From Lachnospiraceae bacterium (GTDB lineage Bacteria > Bacillota > Clostridia > Lachnospirales > Lachnospiraceae), in NCBI GenBank assembly GCA_014804265.1, contig JAAVAC010000021.1:700-64699 (forward strand): DNA of 64,000 nucleotides, read 5' to 3'. The first letter of the stretch is position 1. Each line of letters opens with the position of its first letter. This document shows, one piece after another, positions 25,168-35,457 of the stretch. The notes beneath the pieces were generated by a model. That model was not told the DNA's origin. It did no database searches and saw nothing but the letters and a program-made list of their open reading frames with translations. The position numbers were made by a program, and so were the translations under genes.

Positions 25168-26451
25168 CTACTCCATAGGCACCATTACCCATTGCAGGTT
25201 ATCCCCCCATGTTTCCTTTTCCATTCCTGTCAATGGTACAAAAAATTTAGCTCCATCCTTTTTAGCGCCTTCCTTTTCCAGTTCCTCTTTTGTCCAATAG
25301 CAAGAACACCCCTTTTCTCCCGATGACAGCCTCTTAAAACTACTATTATCAATAAAGTATTGCATATCATACACGATACCATTCTCCATCTGAAAATAGT
25401 AATATATGATTCTTGCTCCCCCTTCGGGTATTTCCTTTCCGCCCATATCAGCCATATATTGGTATCCGCTGCTTATCATTTCCATATCAGAACCTAAAAT
25501 ATCCTCAAGAATCGCTTTTGCCTTTTTATAATTAGCAGAATATAATTGTTCAAACTCCTGATTAATTTCAACTGCATTCCTCGTTTGATAGTCATAGTCA
25601 TTGTCATGGACATAAATCCATTCGATCTGTCCCATCCCCATAGCTATCATCACAGTATAAAACACAGTGCTTTCTGATTTTTCACTCAAATACACATAAT
25701 AGGAGCCCGCTCCGTTATAATCTACTTCCTTATCCATGGATGAAGCATCCAGATCAAACATTTTTTCTACCGCAGAACCTGCTATTTCCATTGCTTCATC
25801 CTCTTCCACTTTGTCGGAAGAATCCTCGGCAGCTTTACTTAGCTCTTCACTCCTCTGACTCACAGCAGCTGACAGCTTATATTCAAAATCTATCATCCGT
25901 AACAAGTCCTCATCCGTCAATGTCCGCTTAGGCAGAAAATATTCATGGTTCCAAATTTCAAAAACGGGATGTTCCACCTCCCTGCCAGTATCTTCCATCT
26001 TATCAACAATATCTATTTCCTCTTTCGGAGTCAGTCCCCCCTCCTCATATCTATCCTGTAAATCCCTCCAACGTGCCTGTTCTTCCTCTGACATTTCTCT
26101 GGAAAAACATATTCCTTCCGTCATGTGTTCTTTCGTTATCTTATCGGAATCAATCGTTTCCAAATATCGTTCATAACTGTTCTTATTCCCTTTTGCCGCC
26201 TTTTCACCCTGACTGCTAACCGGACTCCCTGCCGTCTCTTCCCATCTGTTAACCGACTCATCTGCCGCTTCCACCCCACTGCTGACCGATTCTTCTTCCA
26301 CTTCCTCTTTTCTGTCACCGCCATATTTTTTTACGGCATTACAGGCTGAAAAAACAGCCACTGCCAACATCGCACAAAGAAAGATCCCCCCAAAAAGAAG
26401 CCTGTTCTGATTTCTTTTTTTCTTTGCCTCATCGGCTTTCTCCTGCTTCAT
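25168..26451 (-). CDS. putative lipoprotein, paralog of the anti-sigma extracytoplasmic domain (copy 1)
   Basis: Start at MKQEKADE after GGGAGGAGAAGG. Signal peptide ending VFSAC (lipobox-like). Shares blocks such as EHPVFEIWNHEYFLPKRTLTDEDLL with ORFs 26475.. and 27945... Confidence 0.6.
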   Translation of the reverse strand: MKQEKADEAKKKRNQNRLLFGGIFLCAMLAVAVFSACNAVKKYGGDRKEEVEEESVSSGVEAADESVNRWEETAGSPVSSQGEKAAKGNKNSYERYLETIDSDKITKEHMTEGICFSREMSEEEQARWRDLQDRYEEGGLTPKEEIDIVDKMEDTGREVEHPVFEIWNHEYFLPKRTLTDEDLLRMIDFEYKLSAAVSQRSEELSKAAEDSSDKVEEDEAMEIAGSAVEKMFDLDASSMDKEVDYNGAGSYYVYLSEKSESTVFYTVMIAMGMGQIEWIYVHDNDYDYQTRNAVEINQEFEQLYSANYKKAKAILEDILGSDMEMISSGYQYMADMGGKEIPEGGARIIYYYFQMENGIVYDMQYFIDNSSFKRLSSGEKGCSCYWTKEELEKEGAKKDGAKFFVPLTGMEKETWGDNLQWVMVPME

Positions 26452-26474
26452 AAAAACCTTCTCCTCCCATCTTC

Positions 26475-27719
26475 TTACTCCATAGGCACCACTATCCATT
26501 GTAAGTTTTCATTCCTGTATGCTTCCTTTTCCGCTCCTGTCAATGGTACAATGAATTTATCCCCCGCCTTTTGGGCTCCTTCCTTTTCCAGTTCCTCTTT
26601 TGTCCGATAGGCAGAATACTTCTTTTCTTCCTCTGACAGCGCATGAAAACTGTTTTTATCAACGAAATATTTTATATGATACACCATACCGTCCTCCATT
26701 TGAAAATAGTAATGTATGATTCCCGGTTCCCCCTTGGGCATTTCCTTTCCTCCTATATCTGTCCAGTATTGACAGCCGCTGCTTACCATTTTCATATCAG
26801 AACCTAAAATATCCTCTAGAATCGTTTTTGCCTTTTTATAATTGGCAGAATATAATTGTTCAAACTCCTGATTGATTTCAACTGCATTCTCCATGCCAAA
26901 CTCATTGACATGGTCATCAATCCCTTCAACCCTTCCCGTCTCTACAGCAATCATCACAGTATACGCAGTACTTTCTGATTTTTCACCAAGAAATACTAGA
27001 TAGGAAGCCACCCCATTAAAGAGTATTTCTTTATCCATGGATGAAGCATCTACCCCAAACATTTTCTCTATCGCATAACCGGCTATTTCCATTGCTTCAT
27101 CCTCTTCCACTTTGTGGGGAGAAGATAAAACAGCCTTCCTCTTCTCTTCATTCCTTTGCATCTGGGCAGCCAACAGCTTATACTGGAAATCCACCATCTG
27201 TAGCAAATCCTCATCCGTCAATGTCCGTTTTGGCAGAAAATATTCATGGTTCCAAATTTCAAAAACGGGATGCTCCACCTCCCTGTCACTATCTTCCATC
27301 TTGTCAACAATCTCTATTTCCTCTTCTGGAGCAAGCCCGTCCTCTTCATATCTATCCTGAAAATCCTGATAACGTGCCAATTCTTCCTCTGACATCTCTC
27401 TGGAAAAACACGCAGCTTCTGTTGCATGTTCCTTTGTTATCTTTTCCTGATCAGTTACTTCTAAATACCGTTCCATACTGTTCTTATTCCCTTTTACCGC
27501 CTTTTCTTCCTGGCTGTTAACCGAACCCTCTGATGCTTCTTCCCGACTGCTGGCTGGACTCTCAGCCATTTCTTCTTTTCCGCCATCCCCATATTTTTTT
27601 ACGGCATTACATGCTGAAAAAAATGCCACTGACAACATCACACAAAGAAACATGCCCACAAAAAGAAGCATGCTCTTATTCCTTTTTTTCTTCACTTCAC
27701 CGAATTTCTCCTGCTTCAT
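26475..27719 (-). CDS. putative lipoprotein, paralog of the anti-sigma extracytoplasmic domain (copy 2)
   Basis: Start at MKQEKFGE after AGGAGGAG. Signal peptide ending FFSAC. Tandem duplicate of 25168..26451. Confidence 0.6.
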   Translation of the reverse strand: MKQEKFGEVKKKRNKSMLLFVGMFLCVMLSVAFFSACNAVKKYGDGGKEEMAESPASSREEASEGSVNSQEEKAVKGNKNSMERYLEVTDQEKITKEHATEAACFSREMSEEELARYQDFQDRYEEDGLAPEEEIEIVDKMEDSDREVEHPVFEIWNHEYFLPKRTLTDEDLLQMVDFQYKLLAAQMQRNEEKRKAVLSSPHKVEEDEAMEIAGYAIEKMFGVDASSMDKEILFNGVASYLVFLGEKSESTAYTVMIAVETGRVEGIDDHVNEFGMENAVEINQEFEQLYSANYKKAKTILEDILGSDMKMVSSGCQYWTDIGGKEMPKGEPGIIHYYFQMEDGMVYHIKYFVDKNSFHALSEEEKKYSAYRTKEELEKEGAQKAGDKFIVPLTGAEKEAYRNENLQWIVVPME

Positions 27720-27944
27720 AAGAACCATTCTCCTCCTGTCTTTTTCTCCCCTGCCTGCCACATTGCATGTGCTGCAAACCAGCTTCTCTCCGCTTATGAA
27801 AAAAACAATATTCGTCAATTACGGTTGCAAGGTGTTTCCCAATTGACCTGAAACAATATAGACAGTACCATAGCTGCTTTCAACTATGGCACTGTCAACA
27901 TTGATTAGAGCATTTACAATAAATTTACTATCTCAAACCCCCTT

Positions 27945-29234
27945 CTACCTTAACTGTTTTTTTACTACTTCATAATTCAAGACACCTTTTTGGGCAAGCT
28001 CTTTATCTGTCTCCCAATTCTTTTGCCATGTCTCATAGTCTTGTACCTTATATACTTCCAGGACTCCGTCTATACAATCCAAGCCAACCACATAGACTTG
28101 TTCATCTTCCATAACAAATTGAAAGACCATCATATTCAATAAGACCGTATTGTTCTCGTCCGTGTTATATGCGTAGTATACTTCCTTACACTCTTCTGAA
28201 ATGCCAAATATATCTCTTAAATATTTCTCTGCTGTCTGGCTTAAAGCTTCTGCTTTCGCCTCACCATCAGATACGGACATTTCTTCAGCAAGGAATTCTT
28301 TACCCGAATACAACACCTCTATCAGGCTTCCGTCTGCAGCATCCACGGAAAATGTATACGTATCTACATCTGCAAAGGAAAATTGAATCTCATAGGCAGG
28401 TGATTCCTTTGTACCGAGTCCATTCGTATCCATATAGCATGACACTTCCATATCTTCCGTTGTTTTTCCATACACCTTATCCATCCATTCCTGTGCTTTT
28501 GCTACTGCCTCTTCTTCCGTAATTCCTCCATCTGTTTCAACTTCCTGTTTTGTTTCTTCTTCGGCTGCCTTCTGGGCTGCTATCTCTTCTGCATATGCTT
28601 CCTCATACCGTTCCTGCAATGCATAATTCACTTTGTTCTGATAATCGATGATCTGCAAAAGCTCTTCGTCGGTAAGGGCTCTTTCCGGAAGATAGAAATA
28701 GAGAGACTCTGGTGCAAAGCAAAGCATATCTCTGTCCACTTCACTTTCATCCTCTACTCTTTTCAGTTCTCCTTCCGGAAACCTTCCGTCCTGATGATAA
28801 GCAATGCTCAGCTCTCTTTCCCGTTCTTTTTCCTCTTGTGTAAGTTCTCTGGAATACGTGCTTGCATTCTCCTGCATGGCAGAATCCACTTCCTCCACGT
28901 ATTGTGTCTTTTCTTCCTGTGACATACTCTCCATACGGGCTTTTACCAGAGAGTCCACTACTGCATGAACAGTAAAGCCTCCGACTCCCACTACTGCCAG
29001 GGCAAGCGCTGCCGCCGCTGCTTTTTTCTGCCATCCATACATTTTTCGTCCATGATTGTCCTTCTGTTCTATATTTCTCAAATCCATTTCCTCCTTTTGA
29101 TTATAAACTACTATTTCCTTCCGTTCTTCATCGCCTGCAGTTTCCACAGTTTCTTTCATATTTTCCCTGACTACCTGCAGCACTTTTTTTGTAAATGAAT
29201 CCGGCGTCTGCGGAAACCTCCAATTATCATACAT
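27945..29234 (-). CDS. putative anti-sigma factor (single-pass membrane protein)
   Basis: Overlaps the stop of the ECF sigma gene by 8 nt. Short cytoplasmic N-terminus and one TM segment (AAAAALALAVVGVGGFTVHAVV). The large external domain is homologous to the two downstream lipoproteins. Confidence 0.6.
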   Translation of the reverse strand: MYDNWRFPQTPDSFTKKVLQVVRENMKETVETAGDEERKEIVVYNQKEEMDLRNIEQKDNHGRKMYGWQKKAAAAALALAVVGVGGFTVHAVVDSLVKARMESMSQEEKTQYVEEVDSAMQENASTYSRELTQEEKERERELSIAYHQDGRFPEGELKRVEDESEVDRDMLCFAPESLYFYLPERALTDEELLQIIDYQNKVNYALQERYEEAYAEEIAAQKAAEEETKQEVETDGGITEEEAVAKAQEWMDKVYGKTTEDMEVSCYMDTNGLGTKESPAYEIQFSFADVDTYTFSVDAADGSLIEVLYSGKEFLAEEMSVSDGEAKAEALSQTAEKYLRDIFGISEECKEVYYAYNTDENNTVLLNMMVFQFVMEDEQVYVVGLDCIDGVLEVYKVQDYETWQKNWETDKELAQKGVLNYEVVKKQLR

Positions 29235-29736
29235 AAGACTCCTCCTCCTTTAAAAATGATTTTAGCTGATTTCTGGCTCTGCCCAGCCGGCTTTTCACGG
29301 TTCCCTGTGTTATCCCCAGGATTGCCGCAATCTCTTTGATTGAATATCCCTCGTAGTAAAAAAGAGTAATCACAAGCCTTTGATTTTCCTTTAACTGTTC
29401 CATAGCCTCATATAAATCAGAATAGCTTTCCACATCCATATAACATTTGTTTCCTCTATATCCCTCATAATTCCAGACAGCTTCACTATCATCAGAAACC
29501 AATGTTATTCTGCTTTGCTGTTTCCGTATATGATAACATTCATGTATCAGTATCCGGGTCAGCCAGGTCTTGGCATATTCATCTTTTTTTAAAGAAGACA
29601 GCTTTTGAAATGCAATCGTAATCGCTTCGCCCACTGCATCCTCACAATCAGAATCATTTCTTAAAATGGACTTGCTAACCCGGTACAGGCTATCCGTAGA
29701 ATCAATCACCAGCCTGGCAAATGTTTCTTTATTCAA
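29227..29736 (-). CDS. ECF-type RNA polymerase sigma-70 family factor
   Basis: Region 2 (EDAVGEAITIAFQKL...WLTRILIHECYHIRK) and region 4 (EGYSIKEIAAILGITQGTVKSRLGRAR). Start set at an in-frame TTG after GGAGGAAGGAGA. Confidence 0.8.
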   Translation of the reverse strand: MNKETFARLVIDSTDSLYRVSKSILRNDSDCEDAVGEAITIAFQKLSSLKKDEYAKTWLTRILIHECYHIRKQQSRITLVSDDSEAVWNYEGYRGNKCYMDVESYSDLYEAMEQLKENQRLVITLFYYEGYSIKEIAAILGITQGTVKSRLGRARNQLKSFLKEEESYV

Positions 29737-29960
29737 GACATATCTCCTTCCTCCAGCAGTAGATTTACAAATAAAGTACACAACAACCTGTCATGCAAAA
29801 ATATGATTTGAAGTGTTGCAACAACTTCCTGCTAAATACATACATTATACACTACAATGCAATTTATTTAGCTTTCTATTTATTAGAGGATTCGACAAAT
29901 AAAAAGGTTCCCTAAAAACATACATTTTTTTATCTGATATAAATGCACCTGCTCTGCACA

Positions 29961-29993
29961 CAAAAAAGAACCCTGATTTTTTCAAGGTTCCTT
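29961..29993 (-). terminator. intrinsic terminator after the upstream sigma / anti-sigma pair
   Basis: gaaccctga / tcaaggttc hairpin (one mismatch). A6 precedes it on plus, which is T6 after it on minus. Confidence 0.5.
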
Positions 29994-30272
29994 TTCCTTC
30001 ATTGCCATATCACATATCCTGTTTGTTTTGCTTCTCTATCGGATAACCATTTCCCTGCTGGTCGGCAGAGGGTGTTGCGGTATTGTTTTTCTTTTTGTCC
30101 CGAACCGGTCTGCTGCTTTCCCAGACGCCTTTTGGGATAGTATCAATGGGCTTCTTTTTATCTGTAATCTTCATAAGGACCTCCAATGTTTTTATTAGTA
30201 TTGGAATATTGGGAAAGAAATATTCGGATTTTCTTCCTTGGTATGCCTTATTTAACAGCCCTCATGTAAGTC

Positions 30273-31460
30273 TTAATACAAATCAACTATATAACATTCC
30301 TTTTCTGTTATCTCATGCTCACCCGTAACTGCACTATCCTCTTTTAAGAATAATAGGCTTTGTACGTTTTCTGGATTGATAACTCTTGATAGGTTTATTT
30401 GAGCAATATATATGGAAGTGTCGGCACTTTCATACCCACAAGTGCCACCATCAAACATTCCAGTATACACAGTTCCATCCTTCATTTTCACTCCAACAAA
30501 TCTAGGTGGTTCTGAAAAGTCTGTATATTCTATTGTATTGCCATTTTCATCTACATCGGTATCCACAATTTCCCTCTTTGCAAAATCATAATATATATCA
30601 ATTGATATTGGAGACACTTTTACAACAGTGACGGTTGCTCCTGAATTTCCTAATGCTTCATTTAATTTTGCTTCTACCGATGTATCCGTACCGCCTAATG
30701 TCCATTCCAATGTCCATGTTCCCGTATGCTCCCCAAAGTTTTGCAGGAAAACAGTAATCACTCGTCCATTCAGGGCAGAAATACTTTTTCCGTTTTCATC
30801 CACAGGAGACATGTTTAGGTCAATTTCCATCTTTCCATCTGCAATTCGATAATTAGGAATAATTTCTCCCTCTGCATTTTCCAGCACAGGAGAACCATCT
30901 GCCATAACTGGTTCTTTATTATCCGTCCAATCAATCCCAGAATAAAAGTACCAATCGTAATTGTTTGCCGGCTGACCATCCAGCAAAATATTCAGATATT
31001 CAAGCTCAGGCTCCACGCTGTTTTCCAACTCATATCCATCCACATAAAATGCCAGCCGAATATTACTTTCATCTACTAAGCACTGTGCTACTGAAACAGT
31101 AATGCCATCCTGGGTATCAGATACTGCCGGAAAGCTTAAAAGACTATCGTCCGTGTTCTGCAATTCCGCCGTCTGTTCATCGGAAATATTCATATGAGAC
31201 TGCATACCACCACTTAAGTGTATATATGTTGCAGCCAAAGCAGTAAGGCTTCCACCTCCTAAAATAACTGCTAATGCTGCAGCTGCAGCTCTTGTCTGCC
31301 AAAAATGCTTATTTTTCTTTCCTGCCTTCTCTTGATTCATATTATCTTCCTCTTCCCTTGCCTCCCAACGGATTTTCGTAAATGCATCCTGGGCTTTTTT
31401 TTGTACGATATCCGGAATTTCTATATCCTGCATCAAAATATCCACATTGTTTTTGCTCAT
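30273..31460 (-). CDS. putative anti-sigma factor (DUF4179-like single-pass membrane protein)
   Basis: 4-nt overlap with the sigma gene. Cytoplasmic N-terminus and a TM segment (AAAAALAVILGGGSLTALAATYI). Beta-rich external domain. Confidence 0.6.
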   Translation of the reverse strand: MSKNNVDILMQDIEIPDIVQKKAQDAFTKIRWEAREEEDNMNQEKAGKKNKHFWQTRAAAAALAVILGGGSLTALAATYIHLSGGMQSHMNISDEQTAELQNTDDSLLSFPAVSDTQDGITVSVAQCLVDESNIRLAFYVDGYELENSVEPELEYLNILLDGQPANNYDWYFYSGIDWTDNKEPVMADGSPVLENAEGEIIPNYRIADGKMEIDLNMSPVDENGKSISALNGRVITVFLQNFGEHTGTWTLEWTLGGTDTSVEAKLNEALGNSGATVTVVKVSPISIDIYYDFAKREIVDTDVDENGNTIEYTDFSEPPRFVGVKMKDGTVYTGMFDGGTCGYESADTSIYIAQINLSRVINPENVQSLLFLKEDSAVTGEHEITEKECYIVDLY

Positions 31461-32020
31461 ATTACCCGCTCCTTTCCCACAGCAGACTCCTCTCTATAGT
31501 ATTCGGCTAACTGTTTCCTTCCCCGGGACAACCTGGTCCTTACTGTACTGCTTGGAATTTTTAACATTCTGGCAATTTCATCTGTACGAAATCCTTCCCC
31601 ATAGTAAAGGATCAATACCAGACGATATTTCTCATCTAAATTTTCCATTGCTTCATTCCACTCTAAATTACTGTTATCCATCTCTATACTACCTTCCGGC
31701 AGCTCCTGTATATATGAAATTTTCTGATTTTCCCTTATGATTTCATAGCACTTATTGATTAGAATTCTTGTCATCCAAGTCCGAAAATACTTGTCTTCCT
31801 TTAAATCCTTCAGCTTTTCCCAGCATACAAGAATTGTTTCCTGAATAGCATCCGCCGAATCCTCATCATTCATCAAAATTGCTCTTGCAGTCCGATACAT
31901 ATTCTGCATTTGTGATTGCATCAATTCCGTAAATGCATTCGGCTCTTTTCTTTTTGCCCTCTCTATTAAAGTTTCCATACTTTGTTCAAACCAAACGGTC
32001 TCCTTTCTTTGTGCGCACAA
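31457..32020 (-). CDS. ECF-type RNA polymerase sigma-70 family factor
   Basis: Region 2 (ADAIQETILVCWEKL...WMTRILINKCYEIIR) and region 4 (EGFRTDEIARMLKIPSSTVRTRLSRGR). The start codon is uncertain (TTG at 32020 or ATG at 31978). Confidence 0.8.
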   Translation of the reverse strand: MCAQRKETVWFEQSMETLIERAKRKEPNAFTELMQSQMQNMYRTARAILMNDEDSADAIQETILVCWEKLKDLKEDKYFRTWMTRILINKCYEIIRENQKISYIQELPEGSIEMDNSNLEWNEAMENLDEKYRLVLILYYGEGFRTDEIARMLKIPSSTVRTRLSRGRKQLAEYYREESAVGKERVI

Positions 32021-32275
32021 TTATCTTCCGGCTAATCGGTTATCCTCTTTGCCTTACATATATTAGATGGAAAAATCAGAAAAAATGTTGCAAACAGAAT
32101 CAAATCTTTCAATAAAAATACCGGGCTTAAATCACTTTTGACTTTTCCCTTTAAATGCGAAAGAAGAAACGTAACCCCCTTCTTTATCCTTATGGACAAA
32201 AAGAAAAGCCCCATAAACACTAAGTTTACAGGACTTATCAATCTCAATGATATTCTTTTCTCTTGGAATCCGCTA

Positions 32276-33613
<1,338 letters not shown>

Positions 33614-33877
33614 TCATGTCCTCCTTTAGTTAGTATAAACAGACCCCATTGCCCAAGCAATATTATATAACGTGACATTAAAAAGCACAAGTATTTTATC
33701 GCATTAACGCATTGACAAATTCACAAAATTTGTTAATTTACATGGACAGGAGTAAATAATAACCAAATTTCCTCTATGGTTTTCGATAAACATGATGGGA
33801 AAGCTGCTTTTGGGAAAGAGCAATTCTTCTGCTTCTATAAAAAAAGGAGCCGTGATTTCTCACTGCCCCTTAAAATC

Positions 33878-35194
33878 TTACTCTAAATATTCTGATTTGA
33901 TATATCCTGTCTGTCCGTTATATTTAATTTTCGTCCAACCATCTGCCTGCTTCATGATAAGCTCGAATTTCTCGCCCATATAAACGGTTCCCAATACTTC
34001 CCCATCCGTGCTGGCTGATTTACGCACCCTTACGGTTTCCTTTACCGTTACCTTCTCACCGCTTGAAGAAGCATTATTGTCTGTGGAAGAGGTTTCCTTC
34101 TGCTGCACGGGTTCGGGAACAGTGCCGTCATCCACTTTCAGGTATTCGCTCTTTACATAAGCTTCCTGTCCGTTATAATCAATCCGGCTCCATCCGTTTT
34201 CCTTAGCCTCATGTCTGGTTACCTTCGTGCCCACTTCCAGCTTACCCAGCTTGTCTGCATTTTCACTGTCGGAACTTCTGACATTTACTGTATCTGTAGC
34301 CACTACCGTTTCCGATGTCTGGCTGGAGGATTCTGCCTGCTGCTGTTCTCCATTCTCTTCCGTTGTTCCTTCTGCCTGCTCCTGCCTCTGTGCCATTTCG
34401 GCCTTCACTTCCGCTTCCAGTCTGTCGGAAAGTCCATCCATAAATGCCTTTAACTCCGGATCCTGATCCAATGCCTCATTGTATTTTACCTTTACCTTAT
34501 CAAATAAAGCTACGATTTCCTCTGTCACTGCCAGTTCTTTAATGTAATCAATCACTGACTCGTCCAGCTGCTCGTCCAACTGTCCGTCATAGATATAAAG
34601 ATTTCCATCTTCTCCAGTACTCATGTAAAGCGTAATCAGTCCCGGTGCGGCAGTATTTAAATCCTTGAACTTGATTTCATAATACACAAATGCCACATAA
34701 GAACTATCCACCGGTCCCGGCTTTGTATACACATCTACGTTTTCAAAGCTCTCAATATAAGCGCTTCTTTTCTCAATTTTTAATAATTCTTCTTCTTCAC
34801 TGTGATTCTTAATTGCTTTAATGGTACTGATATCACCGGAAGTTAAGGAATCAAAATAAGTAACCACCAGATTATTCACAATATCCATAGGATTGACTGC
34901 CTCATCTGTACCGGGAACATTCTCCGCTCCCTCTGGCTCCAAAGCTGCTCCACTTCCTAGCCCATTGGCGCTTACTTCATTGTCCGACACGGTTCCGCCT
35001 TCTCCCGTTTCGTCCTTTTTCTTGCCTGCAAATACGAAAATCAGCACAATAATGACAATCACTGCCAAGATACTGCCGCCTACAATTGCAGCAAATTTTT
35101 TATCATCTCTTAAACGGTCCGCAAAATCATTCACAGCAGACTGATTCTTTTTTGTATTTCCACGATTACTCTGGTTTTGTTTCTTTTCACTCAT
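33878..35194 (-). CDS. membrane-anchored protein with two C-terminal SH3b domains
   Basis: N-terminal TM segment. Two repeats of the pattern VNVRSS...G..V.....NGWSRIDYNGQEAYVKSEYL. Confidence 0.7.
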   Translation of the reverse strand: MSEKKQNQSNRGNTKKNQSAVNDFADRLRDDKKFAAIVGGSILAVIVIIVLIFVFAGKKKDETGEGGTVSDNEVSANGLGSGAALEPEGAENVPGTDEAVNPMDIVNNLVVTYFDSLTSGDISTIKAIKNHSEEEELLKIEKRSAYIESFENVDVYTKPGPVDSSYVAFVYYEIKFKDLNTAAPGLITLYMSTGEDGNLYIYDGQLDEQLDESVIDYIKELAVTEEIVALFDKVKVKYNEALDQDPELKAFMDGLSDRLEAEVKAEMAQRQEQAEGTTEENGEQQQAESSSQTSETVVATDTVNVRSSDSENADKLGKLEVGTKVTRHEAKENGWSRIDYNGQEAYVKSEYLKVDDGTVPEPVQQKETSSTDNNASSSGEKVTVKETVRVRKSASTDGEVLGTVYMGEKFELIMKQADGWTKIKYNGQTGYIKSEYLE

Positions 35195-35229
35195 AATGTT
35201 CCTTTCTAATGGCTTTCCTACAGTACCCT

Positions 35230-35264
35230 AAAAAATTTAAGCGGATGTCCAGTTGCAATCCGCC
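35230..35264 (-). terminator. probable terminator downstream of tRNA-Arg
   Basis: gcggat (35241-46) / atccgc (35258-63) hairpin, followed on the minus strand by ttaaatttttt. Confidence 0.45.
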
Positions 35265-35305
35265 TTTTCCTGTCTGGGAACCGGTACAAGTACCGGCCCC
35301 GAAAA

Positions 35306-35377
35306 CGTACCCGAGAGGAATCGAACCCCCATCGGCTGAACCGGAATCAGCTGTTCTATCCGTTAAACTACGGGTAC
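35306..35377 (-). tRNA. tRNA-Arg (anticodon CCG)
   Basis: Hand-folded cloverleaf: acceptor GTACCCG/CGGGTAC, D-arm GTTT-AACGGATA-GAAC, anticodon arm GCTGA-TTCCGGT-TCAGC, T-loop GGTTCGATTCC. CCA is not encoded. Confidence 0.85.
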
Positions 35378-35457
35378 ACAGATGTTACAAATTTGTTACA
35401 TCTTTGTCATCATAGCACACTTTCCCAAACATATCAAGTAAACTTTTTCTTTTTCTT

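Noticed and set aside
35381-35402. The palindrome gatgttacaaatttgttacatc in the tRNA-Arg leader, and a related acaaatt...aatttgt upstream of gdhA (about 33710-33735), might be a TnrA/GlnR-type nitrogen operator.
   Set aside because: The spacing does not fit TGTNAN7TNACA (8-nt spacer in one, no TNACA half-site in the other). A nitrogen operator in a tRNA leader also makes little sense.
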